The notes under the pieces: generated by a model
The model's database searches: none
What the model was told of the DNA's origin: nothing
The model's input: only the letters and a program-made list of their open reading frames with translations
Made by a program: the position numbers and the translations under genes
DNA from: Zygnema circumcarinatum SAG 698-1b
Taxonomy: Eukaryota > Plantae > Zygnematophyceae
Assembly (NCBI GenBank): GCA_037447605.1
Contig: CM074804.1
Span: 6,797,909 to 6,861,908, forward strand
Direction of reading: 5' to 3'
DNA: 64,000 nucleotides
Shown: positions 1 through 10,569 of the stretch, in pieces
Position numbering within the stretch: the stretch's first letter is position 1
Layout: every line of letters starts with the position of its first letter

Positions 1-587
1 GTGAGGCTAGTGAGGCTGCTTCCTTCCACTGTGTCGAACTTGCAACCAGAATCACCGCGTCTGCATTAGAAAAAGGCGATACTAGGCTGCATGTGCGGGT
101 CGGGCACCTGAAAATAAAACAACATCATCATCAGCCTGTGAACCTCAGTGTACATGTTGACGCCAAGTAGCAGTTTTCTCTACAAGAACTGTCCGTCTGT
201 CCGTCCGTCCGTGTCTGTGTTCTGTCCATGATAATGTCGGCTGGATTTCGTGCAGCTTAACGATAAGGATCAACATCTGAAAAATGGATTGACAGCGTAT
301 TACAAAATGTTGTGCCTCCCAAGACCATTGTTGCAGACGTCACTATTCTATGTTTTCAAGGCCTTATCTGCATTGCTACGTCTGGTTCGCTGACGATACT
401 ATTGCATGTCCCTTAGCTGCAATTGTGCTCTTTGCGTGTGTGCACAACGACGATCTTGCCGACCGCCCGAGCCTTCCCATCACCTCCAGACCCGCCAACA
501 CGCGGCGTCCCCCGTTCCGAGAATTCTCGAGCGACCGCGAGTCCAGTTCCCCGACTTTACGCGCTGCGCGCGGTGGGGGGGAGGGCG

Positions 588-806
588 TAGGGGTTTAGGG
601 TTTTAAGGTTTACAGTTTTAGGGTAGTAGGGTCAGGGTTTATAGGGTTAGGGGTTAGGGCTTCTGGCTTTAGGGTTAAGAGTTTTGGGTTGTAAAGTTAG
701 GGTTTAAGGATCGTAGGGTTGGGGTTCTAGGATTAGAGTTTTAAGGTTCTAGGGTTCTATGGCTTTGGGTTTAGGATGCAGGGCTTAGGCCCTTAGGGTC
801 AGGGTT
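588..806 (+). repeat. Degenerate interstitial telomeric (TTTAGGG-like) tract
   Basis: Many imperfect copies such as GGGTTTAGGG, GGGTTAGGG, TTTAGGGTT and GGGTTCTAGG over about 220 bp; reads as CCCTAAA/telo-box-like on the minus strand. Confidence 0.85.
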
Positions 807-1202
807 CCCAAGCCCTTCAACGTAGCGCATGAGCGTTGTGGCGCAACACGGAGGCGGTCACCTTGCGCTGGGAACTAGAATCGAGCATCGCCCAATGCCG
901 CGCCCCCTTTTGCACACGTGGCTGATCGCCATTGGAGGTTCCTGCGACTGGGTCTTGTGAATGGAGGGCGACCGCGAGCCCCCCCGCGGTCACGTCGTCG
1001 CGGCGCCCGAGGTCGCGGCCCGCCCGCTCGCCCGCCAATCGCAGGGCCCGCCGACTCCGACTCTCCGCATGCCGTATGGCACCGTACATTTGGTCGGTCG
1101 AACCTTACGATACCGTACAGTACGGACATCAAGTTTGCCCAAAAGCGTCGCGTGTTGCCCATTCGACTCTGCCAACGTTGGACGGACTGCGGACGGCTTT
1201 AG

Positions 1203-1303
1203 GAGAAGGGGGGAGGGAGAGAGAGAGAGGGAGAGGGAGTGGGAGAGGGAGAGGGAGAGGGAGAGGAGGGGGAGNNNNNNNNNNAGGGGGAGGGGGAGGG
1301 GGG
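1203..1303. repeat. Polypurine (GA/GGA) low-complexity tract containing a 10-N assembly gap (1275-1284)
   Basis: GAGAGG/GGGGA runs flank the N stretch. Confidence 0.9.
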
Positions 1304-1336
1304 CAGGTGCGGACGGGACGCAAGCCGCAGGCGGCA

Positions 1337-2116
1337 TGATTGAAGCTAACGCCCTTCCTGCAAAGCGCCCTTTGCACATAGGCAAGGTGCACAGGCGCTT
1401 CATTGCGGCCCTCACATTCATATGCGGCCTTGCTTTAGGGTTTTTCCTCGGGTTGCAAAGCTCCTCCGGCGTGACCCGGAACCTGTATATTCGGAAGAAA
1501 GCCGCTGCTTTTGCAGGGGAGCGCGCTGAGGAGCACGCAGGACTGCTGCAGTTCATGTTGGAAGCAGGGCTTGCCACCTCGGAAGATGTTGGACAGGCGA
1601 ATCTCGAACAGCGGCCTGCAACGAACGAAGCTTCAAAGGCAAGTGTCGCAGAAGGCTGTGGAAAAGGCAAAGTGGACGGAGCCAGCGATAAAACAGTCCT
1701 GTAAGACAAAGGAGGGACGGAGAGAGAGGAGCATGCAAGTGGAGAGAGCGTTTCAACGGAGAGACCGTATTGAGAGCTTTCAAGCAGAAATGCACAGCAT
1801 AGCGCAGCTCCTTAGAGGGGATGTGGATGCGCAGCCCACATCCATTCAGTGATGTTTGGCACGAAATGGACGACGAGGAACTCTTTGTACGGGCGCTTCA
1901 AATCGGGATGGGATCGCCGCAAAAGTGGGATGCCAGTTCGAAGAGGAAGCTGGCAGTTTTGTTTTTGGTTCGAGGGGATCTTCCGCTTGCGCCATTCTGG
2001 TGGCGGTTCTTCAGGGCTATAGGAGACGATATTCCATTTATATACATACCAAACCTGGCTACGAGTACACACGCACCCTTCCACGGCCGTTTCGGAGGCC
2101 TCAGATTCCAAGCCAG
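1337..2116 (+). pseudogene. Truncated, frameshifted Core-2/I-branching (GT14-like, DUF266/BC10-type) glycosyltransferase gene
   Basis: Type II membrane anchor (FIAALTFICGLALGFFLGL). Family motifs WHEMDDEELF and KLAVLFLVRGDLPLAPFWWRFFR are in one frame; GYRRRYSIYIH...RRPQIPSQ continues in another frame (one G short at 2014-2016) and ends at a GTGAGT donor at 2117. The expected downstream catalytic exons were not found before the next gene. Confidence 0.75.
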
Positions 2117-2566
2117 GTGAGTAAGGCAATGAAGGGTGAGTAGGTCGTCAAAGCTGCAAGTCTCATTTGCAACATCACACCATTGTATAGGAGGAGTGAA
2201 ACATTTCATGGGAAGAATGAATGGATCTGCTTTCGGTTTCCATGTTCATTTGCTTCTCGTGCAGACATCAGACCGCAGGGACTAGAAAAGTCGAGTCAGG
2301 TTTGCTGATTTTTTTTCCCCTTTGCCCTCTTTATTTTTTCCCCTACATGCGTTTTTCTATCGTCCTTTGTAATACGCATAGACTCCTTGTTTTATCTTTT
2401 ATTCTTTGGGGACTTTAGGGTTGATGAGATCCTAAGATGAGTTACCTGGGAAAGAGCTGCAAGATCAAGATTCGACCGGCAAGATTAGGGCTGATCCTGC
2501 ATTATTAGGTCTGGCGTGTCATATTTTGACTATGAAGGTCCTGAAATGTGCTGGTTTGGCATGCAG

Positions 2567-2680
2567 ATGGTGTGGGCGGATCCATTGTGCGGCAACGGCA
2601 TCTGCGAGTCGCCGACGGAGCTCTAACAGTTCGGACGGTTTGGCTGTTTGGCGGACTGCGGCAAGTTAGCGAATACGCCG
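2567..2680 (+). pseudogene. Isolated exon fragment resembling the Cys-rich segment of green-lineage polycystin/PKD2-like channels, with an in-frame stop
   Basis: After a TGCAG acceptor (AG at 2565-2566) the frame reads MVWADPLCGNGICESPTEL*QFGRFGCLADCGKL with TAA at 2624-2626. The DPxCGxGxCExPxE...GRFGCxADCG pattern is recalled from algal PKD2-like proteins and was not verified. Confidence 0.5.
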
Positions 2681-3541
2681 CGGGTCGTGCTCAAACTATT
2701 GAAGACTTTTCCAGGAAACCTTCCAACGAGTGCAATTGCAACTGGTATACAACGGTTACATCACTTATTTTTATTTTTTTGAATCCAGTCTGAAAAGAAT
2801 TTACATGTGATTGCTTCGGCTTCACTCAAAGAGCTAGATTGCATCAATATTATTCAAACTAAGTCGTGTACTGCGTCCAGAAGCCTCACTGTGAAGGCAG
2901 GAACGCAGACAATTTGATGATGTCATAACTTCTCAAAACAATATAAGAAAGGAGAGAGGGCGGAGGGAGTTGAAATGCTAAAGAAAGAGGTTAGAGTTGA
3001 AATAGAAGGAGAATATCCACTACAACTACAAAACGCTGGTCAACAGCGATAAGCATTTTACATGAGAACAGGTTCCAGCCTTTGCCACTACCTTCTATTC
3101 CACTCATCCGCCGCCGCACCCTCCCCTCCCCCGAACGCTCCAGTCTCCCCCCTCTCACTTGTCCCTCCGTCCAGGTACCATGCATGCCGACAGCCCACAA
3201 AAGCCTCTCAAGTGTATAATCTTCATATGCCCGACAGTCGCTTCACCCAATGGGAGGGGCAGGGGGTATTGGTTTCATGGAGCAGACAGATAAACCCCGT
3301 CGTTACATTTTTTGCGGGACTAAGCAGCCAAATTCGAAACCACCAAAATCAGAGGGCAACCCATATGCTAAAAATAGTCTCATCGCTTAATAACCGTCCC
3401 TTGCTTGCTCGCTCGCGCTTCTAATTTTGCAACCGTCTTTACAGGCCCTCCATACCATGGGACCACTACCTCGCACTATACTACGTACATGTATGATCGA
3501 ACATTTCTGCTTCACTTTGCTGAATGCTACCACTTCTCATT

Positions 3542-6500
3542 TCAATGTCCAAATTTAAGCGAGTTTAACGATGACTTCCTTTGACGCCGGTCGTAGCCAT
3601 TCTCCCAGTCTTGGCTGCTCTTGTCACTGAATCTCCGTCCACTACGTAGGCTTAGGATCTCACGAGTAAAACTTGATGTGATGCGAAAACCGCGACTCCC
3701 TCCACATCGAGCAGGGGCGAACAAAAAAATCTGAGCACGGCTGCACAGCAGCTTGTCCAATATGCCCTGCTTGCAGAACAAGGCCAGAAACATAACATAC
3801 ATAAGGATTGAAAGAGGGAAGTGGAGACGACATATATGGACATTGCCCTGTCATGAACAAAGGATAAATTCTGGAAAAGAGCAGTTACAGGCAACATCAC
3901 GCTAAAAAACGAGGACTCCTCAACACGCGCGTGACTCGCTCCATTCTTGTTCACACCTGAATCCCGGAATCCAACGCCGGCTCCATAGCTCCGCTAATAT
4001 GCCATGTCACTGGCTGCAGTCTGTCGTGAACTAACTGTACCATCCACAAGCATAAGCATGAATTTAGAGCACATCAAGGCAGGAATATTTAAAAATGCAC
4101 ACTTATATAGTGGTTAATAGTGATGTCTCGGAAACGACATAAAATGCAGAGACAAGTTCATCTAAGGGTATAGTCAGTATGCGCCCGAATCATTGAGGTC
4201 ATATACAAACGCAAATCGTGTCAGGGTCTCCAAATGTCAGTCAGATCAGAGTGGATAGAAATCCAGACTTTGCATGGATAAAAGTGCATATCTCTGCAAA
4301 GCTTCCGTTCAGAAAGAAACAAGAATTTAGCGCCTGACATCATAGACCAGCTATGCATGGATACAAACGTTCTAGGAAAATGTACCGTTATGGCATCCAG
4401 AAGCCAATTCCGCCAAAGTGGTCTCACCAGTCGCAACGAGTCTGACCAAGACCTGGGCACAAGGCATACAATGCCGTATTAGCAACCGTATGCTTTAGAG
4501 AGATACAATCAAATCATGGTCAATAGGAGGAGAGGTGTAGTTTCTCGCAAAACGTACAAATCCTGCGGGGTGATGTCTGATGCCACAAACACATGAGAAA
4601 GGTTGAGCTCCTTTGTGAATCCGCGAGCTGTCTTTATCAAGCTTTCTGCACAACTCATGAGATGTCTTCGAGAGGCTTGCCTAAGCACAGCCTTTTCCAA
4701 TCGCCAGTGTACTGCCAAAAACCTCCTGCCCAAATTTTGTTCCACAAATTTGTCGACGATATCACCCAAGTATTTTGCATACTGCACATGCCGAAGCGCT
4801 ACCTGCTTGCATGACACCCAAAAGTGCCAGTCAAATACAGATTTTCTGTTGTTGGCATGCATGAACTCCTCAATCCTCAGTTGCCTGCCCCCTAGCCTGC
4901 CTGCCCCCTGAGTTTGCCCCCCAAACTCAGCTCCCTTTCCCTCCCTCCCCCCTCCACAAATTTGACATAGAGCCTTTTCCTGCACGAGAGCGACCACTAC
5001 ATGTACACCCGCCTTGAGACTGAACATACTGTACACTTTTCACATCATCACATCACATCAAAAGAAATTCCCATACCTCATGCTCTGGACCACCGTGGCA
5101 TGGATGTGGACTAGTTTTTGAGAATGACAGGATGTTAAAACCTCTTCCGATCTCACTGATTGTGGTTGCAACCGTTTCAGTGCCAGGAAACGGTGGACAA
5201 AAAAGACAGAGTCGGTTCTGGCCCTGTAGACTTCTTGCCTTCAGTTTACCCGTACCTAAAGCGTGTCTGGCTAACCTGGCGAAAGGTTTGCTTGCGTCGA
5301 GCACCTGAAAAAGTGAGCCTGAATGATAAGTCAATAAGAGAGCAGGAATCTGCCCAGTAACCCGCAAATGCATAAGGTTTGTATGTGCACGCCATGACGC
5401 GAGGCCGAAAGTGTTCCTATTGAATCCAAAACTCCAGTCAAATGGCGTACTAAAAAACCTCACCCTTTGACATGTGGAGTTTTGCTTCCTCAAAGAGACC
5501 ATCAATATCGTCCACTTCTCTGGCCTTGGGCCAAGAATCCTTCTGAAAAAATAGTCTTCCGTTACCCAATCAACGTATTTACCGATCCGGTGAAGGTCAA
5601 AATATACGCAAAGTGAATGAGCAGGCTCGTGCCCGGGCGCAATGTGGCTGGCGCCACATGTAGGAAGTATGAGTGTCCTACTTGTTTTTTTCGCGAATAC
5701 CAACAATTCAGCAAAGTGGAGGCGTGCCTTGGTAAGTTGCTCTGATATCTGGGCGACAGCCAAAAAACTTCGGTTGTCCATCGTATCTATAGAGCACACG
5801 TGAAGGATAATGACCAATGGCCAATATAAGCTTGCATCACTCGACGGCATGACTTACGGCTGCTCATTTGTTCGTTTTTGGAATATTGTACGAGCAACCT
5901 AAAGCCTCACAGACTCCAACTCTCCCTAGGTCACCTACAAGTATTTGGATACCAGTTTGAGAGCCATCTGAACAAACGAAATGGATGGTGGGTTTCTATT
6001 GGTGAAGGAACTCACTTAACAGCTATTTGCGTGCCACACCATTTGAACGTCTCAAGAAACACACAGAGAATACTAACACGCAGGAGATTATATTCCGAAA
6101 AAAACATGCTCATACTCAGACTCTCCCACTTTCCGGCATTGATTGTCAATTAGCCTGTTCAGGGCACTGAAATGTCACAGACTACATGACCCACGACTGG
6201 AATTATTCTCTCACCAGGGTTGTATCCACTCGAATGATGCAAAAGGGCCTCCCTCCCGCACCTTCCATAATCCCCCGCAGCCACTTCCTCCAGAGATGTG
6301 CCATTGCCAATCAAATCGCTCAACGTAGCTGCCCGATAGTCTCCCTCTAAATTAACCCCTGGCCCTATCTTCGCTTCGCTTCCTGCCCCATCCTCTCTTA
6401 GGATTCTGGATCTCCTCCTCGCGAAGGCCTCGTGCAGCGCAGGCTGACGTCCATCCCCATGGCCTGCGAGACTCCTGGCCGGCTCCTTGCAGCTGGAGGC

Positions 6501-6557
6501 GCAGGTTGGGCCCCTCAGCGCCAGAAGCAGCGCTAGGAGAGCGGCAGCCATAGCCAT
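3542..6557 (-). CDS. GDP-fucose O-fucosyltransferase-like protein (O-FucT/POFUT superfamily), multi-exon
   Basis: Signal peptide/anchor MAMAAALLALLLAL (ATG at 6557). Exons encode EQLTKARLHFAELLVFAKKTSRTLILP, FLAVHWRLEK, VFVASD and DSGIQ|GILDKLLCSRAQIFL...SSFTREI. Stop at 3542. Confidence 0.75.
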
Positions 6558-7154
6558 AGCAGCAGGTGCCGCAGGAGGCCTCCTCACGCCATTCCTTCCG
6601 AACTTGCAGGCTCCTCGTCCGCCCGCCCGCCGCTGGCCTCTAAAGCAGCAGCGCTGTAACTTGCTACCTGCCTGCTTGCCTGCCCAGCAATGCAGAATGC
6701 ACAGCAATGTTCAGAACATTGCCCATTAAACAGCCCGCCCCTTTCCTCCTGCTTCCTCCTGCTGCAGCATAGCCTTCCCGCCAGCAGGCACCCGGGCAGG
6801 CCCGCCCGCCTTCAAAGCCAAAAGCGAAACCCGTCTTCTAGGGTCGCGCGCCGACATTCCGTACATTTCGTACGCAGGATCTTTTCGCACGTGGGAGCCG
6901 ACAAACCACACAGAACGGTCGAGTTAAAGCTTGCAGTTGCGTAGAGTGCCGTCGCTGCCACGCTGGCTCACCGCGGTGACCGGCGGTCGATGTCGCAGCC
7001 AACCGAGGAAGTACGGTAACCGCGGTGGGCGGTGTGCCACCGTTTCTGGTCGACCGACTCGACCGAGGCCGTCGGTGCGTGTCCGTACGGCATCTTTGTC
7101 GTGTACGGTAATGGCGCCGCTCCTCCCTGGGCTCCGCTGTGCGCCCGGCCAGCC

Positions 7155-9026
7155 ATGGCTATGGCCGCGCAGCTCCTGCTCAAGCCGGGGGCGCTGCCGG
7201 CCCCCTCCCGCCTCGCCTCTCTGCCACCATGGATGGCGGATGGTGGACATGGCTCGCGGGTTCTTGACGACCTCGCCTCGTCCAAGGGGGCGAGGAATCG
7301 TTCGTTTTGTTGTCTGACAAAGGCCGCCCGCTCGTCCAATTTGGCAGCTCGTTCGCGTTCTCTCTCGTCTCTGTGTCCTTTTCCTCAGCGCAGCTTGATT
7401 AAAGGACACGTTAATGGGAACAGATTCCCCTTCGCTCTTCTTTCGAATGATACCGGAAGTGCGGAATTGACCTCAGATGCGCATGAAGGAGACGGCAGTT
7501 CTTTTCATCCTTTCGCATTACAGTTGAGCTCAGATTTACGCCTGTATCAATACGAACCATTCGGCACATGGTTAGCGGCTCTTTTCCTGGCGATGGCTAT
7601 TACCATATTCCCTTTCTTCCAGCCGGGCACTTCGACAGCCATGGCCGCATCGATTACACCCCCTTCACAAATACATTCCCCGCTAGAGCCTGTTAGCTCG
7701 CTATTCCTGCTTTCTGATGCAGGCGCTCCGGAAGGATCGTCACGTTTCGTTATTGATGCTGCAAAAGTGCTGTCAGAGTCGAAGTTGCAGCGGCTCCGTG
7801 AGGATTTGGAAACGCTGGAGCAGGATACGGGCTGGCGTGTGCGTGTGCTGACACGTGGCAGCGGAACGCCTTCACCCACAAGAGAGGAGCTTCGAGCTTT
7901 GTGGAATGTGAGTGTTTGAAATGGCGGACGCCATTTAGAATGGAATGAATCTCAAAAGTTACCAAGGGAAGTGGAAAAGAGGTTAGTCACCTTCTGGACT
8001 CGGAAAATATGTGCATTTCACTTAAGTTCTAGTCTGCTAGGTGGACCTTGTGGCTGAAGTCTTCGTGGGTTTATTAGTTGCTGTACTCATTGATGAAACA
8101 ACGCGTGTTTCATTTTCAGTTCAAGTAGGGACAAAGACGTTAATTATGCTCCTCAGCATAGTGAGTGCATGAACGGTTACTAGCACACTTGACGCATGTT
8201 TTTTACCTTCATGGGAGGGTGTTTCGGAGGACAGCCAGACGAGAAGACAATTATTGTCCTTGAAGACATTTCTTCTCCCAACGTGCTTAACTTCAACAGT
8301 GGTGATAGTGTGCGAACAAAGCTACCTCGCCAGTTCTTCATTGAACTTCAATCCAGGTGGGAAAACTATCCTGTCAATAATTCAGCCCGCCATTGAACGC
8401 TTGGACTTCAGATGAGTCTTCAGTAGGCGCAGGTCACATAGGGTGAATCCATGCTATGGTCATTCACAGTCCATGTCTTGTTTGGCTTGGATGTAGTCTG
8501 AAATGACTAGCTGATATTTCATGTTGGCAAGAATACCACTGTTATCAGATACCAAATGAATGTTTTTCGAAGTGAGCTGACATCCGGTTATTGCGAAATT
8601 TGCTTGTGGTCGATTAGATATGGCAATCAATTTTTTGTGGCGGATGAAGGACAAGCGCAAGTGCTCTTGCAAACGGCTGGTGCATTGAGTGAGTGCCTAA
8701 GGAGATCCGAGGGATGTGTGAAGGTTCCTGGTTTAGTTGATGAGCTCTATTTCCTCACATTAATCACATCAATAGCTGGGGGGGCCGTGTTTGGTTTTGC
8801 GGCCCGCACCCCACCTGCTGGGAGAATAGATTCCTCCTGGCAGTGGATTGTCATCTTTTCACCCCTTTGGGGCATACTCTTCTTATCATTTGGCATTCTA
8901 CCCATTGTAAGTAGGACAAGCGATGTGATTCCTTTAGCGAAAAATGTTCTCGGCTTTTTAGGTGGAGCGGCTGCTTTTTACTTGACACCAATTTTTGGAG
9001 AGTCTCCCATCTCTAGGGACAGATGA
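7155..9026 (+). CDS. Thylakoid TPM-domain protein (thylakoid lumenal 15.0 kDa protein 2-like) with a C-terminal membrane tail
   Basis: Exons 7155-7907, 8235-8356 and 8618-9026 join in frame. Transit-peptide-like N-terminus, then IDAAKVLS...LEQDTGWRVRVLT, NVLNFNSGD, RQFFIELQSRYGNQFFV, CVKVPG and a hydrophobic WQWIVIFSPLWGILF region. Confidence 0.85.
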
Positions 9027-9888
9027 AGCTGAGCTTTGAATCGACGCTGTCTCTCTTCTTAAGCTGTTTCACTCGACTGCAAATCAGAGGTCTTAGAAAA
9101 AGGTAGTCTTGCAAAAGAACAAAATTAGAGAAACCTTCACCATTTCCTGCCGTGTACCGTGCCCGCCCGGAAACCTGTAAGCGCTTCCATCTGTTCAGCT
9201 TGAGGTTATTTGTTGGGGTCTGACCGTCCCAAGCTGTCTCCGCGCGCAGCAAAAGCTACATGCATAGAGCGTGATAAAACACGGCGACGGGGTCGTCTGT
9301 GTTCCATGCAGGAGGGGTGACAGCTTGCCGACTTCAAGATGACGGATGGAAGTGGTGAAGTGTGTGCTCATCATGTATCAGGATGTTTGACAATGCGCCT
9401 CAAAAGCAAGTAGTGCAGCAGAGGGAGGTCAGAACTAGAGCTGGCCATTCAGTCGCAAAAAAATGGTCGCCTAGAAAGCCTCCTAAACTAAAACACTCCT
9501 AATCAGGCGCCAATACGAAGTGACGAGTTCCTATCTGGAGGTAGTTCGTGACTTGGTAACTCCTAACCGGAGTAGTTTCTGCCAAAATGACCTAACCCGG
9601 ACCGAACCAGAATTTACTAGCGTGTGTCTAGACATTCGTTCGTAACTCATATCTCCGACTTTCACGTTAGTAAATTAGTCGATGGTACGACCTTCCACGG
9701 AGTCATGAGGGTGCGGTTTCACAGTTAAGTTGTCGGAGGATTCAGAACTCTCCGACTTAGTTTCCAACTCCACTCAACCAGTTGAATGAAGTTGCACCAT
9801 CGAAACGCATTCTCAAGTAGGGATGGATCTATAACGTCCCCTCGACTTTTTAAATTTAGATTTGTAACATTTCCAAATGAAGGGCCGC

Positions 9889-9933
9889 CTTCTAATTCAC
9901 TGTTAGAACATTGTTCTAACAGTGAATTAGAAG
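9889..9933. repeat. Perfect 45-bp palindrome (22-bp arms, 1-nt centre)
   Basis: CTTCTAATTCACTGTTAGAACA-T-TGTTCTAACAGTGAATTAGAAG; the arms are exact reverse complements. Confidence 0.95.
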
Positions 9934-10569
9934 TGATGACACCTTTCTACCGTACCGTTCTAAAAGTGTTATAATATTGTTTTTTGGCCTGACTCTTTCT
10001 TAAGTTTTCTCTGAAGACGGTTTCATAACGATTCTAAAAGTCAAAAAATATCAAACCTCAGACCGGAGCCATTTCTGGCCATAAGCCATCTGGACAAGAT
10101 CTCCATTTAATTTGAATCATGCAAGCAGGTGAATCACTGCAATCTGTACAAGGATGACCATAAGAATGACCCTCACGAGCCTTCAAACGACGTCCCTGTG
10201 GTCATAAGCAGCCGCAGTCAAAGCGCGTTGACGTACATGTCATTTATCTTTCAGCACAGCAGATTCTCCTGTTAAAGAGCCAAACACAGACCTGTTCCTT
10301 CATGGCGACCCACGGAAACACGTTTCACTTCACCCTGACGCAACCAGCCCCGTACTTGTCAGCCTTGGACGATCTCAGCTTCGAGCGACCAAAGGTAGGC
10401 GAGCAACACCAAAGAAAACGCAGTGCCTCACAACTTATGAGCCTGACAGTCACAGGCCCATGCAAAAAACAAACACAGTGCAACGCAAATTAACTTTTCC
10501 TAGACGGGAGTGAGACAGCTGCCTGCCAATCAAGGCCGTACATGTGTGCATCAAGGATGTCAACTTTGC

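Noticed and set aside
1-118. Possible minus-strand exon (TTTTCAG acceptor near 107-118)
   Set aside because: The translation is not recognisable and is cut by the window edge, so there is not enough support for a CDS call.
817-1336. GC-rich overlapping ORFs around the N gap
   Set aside because: Low complexity, span an assembly gap and show no recognisable motifs.
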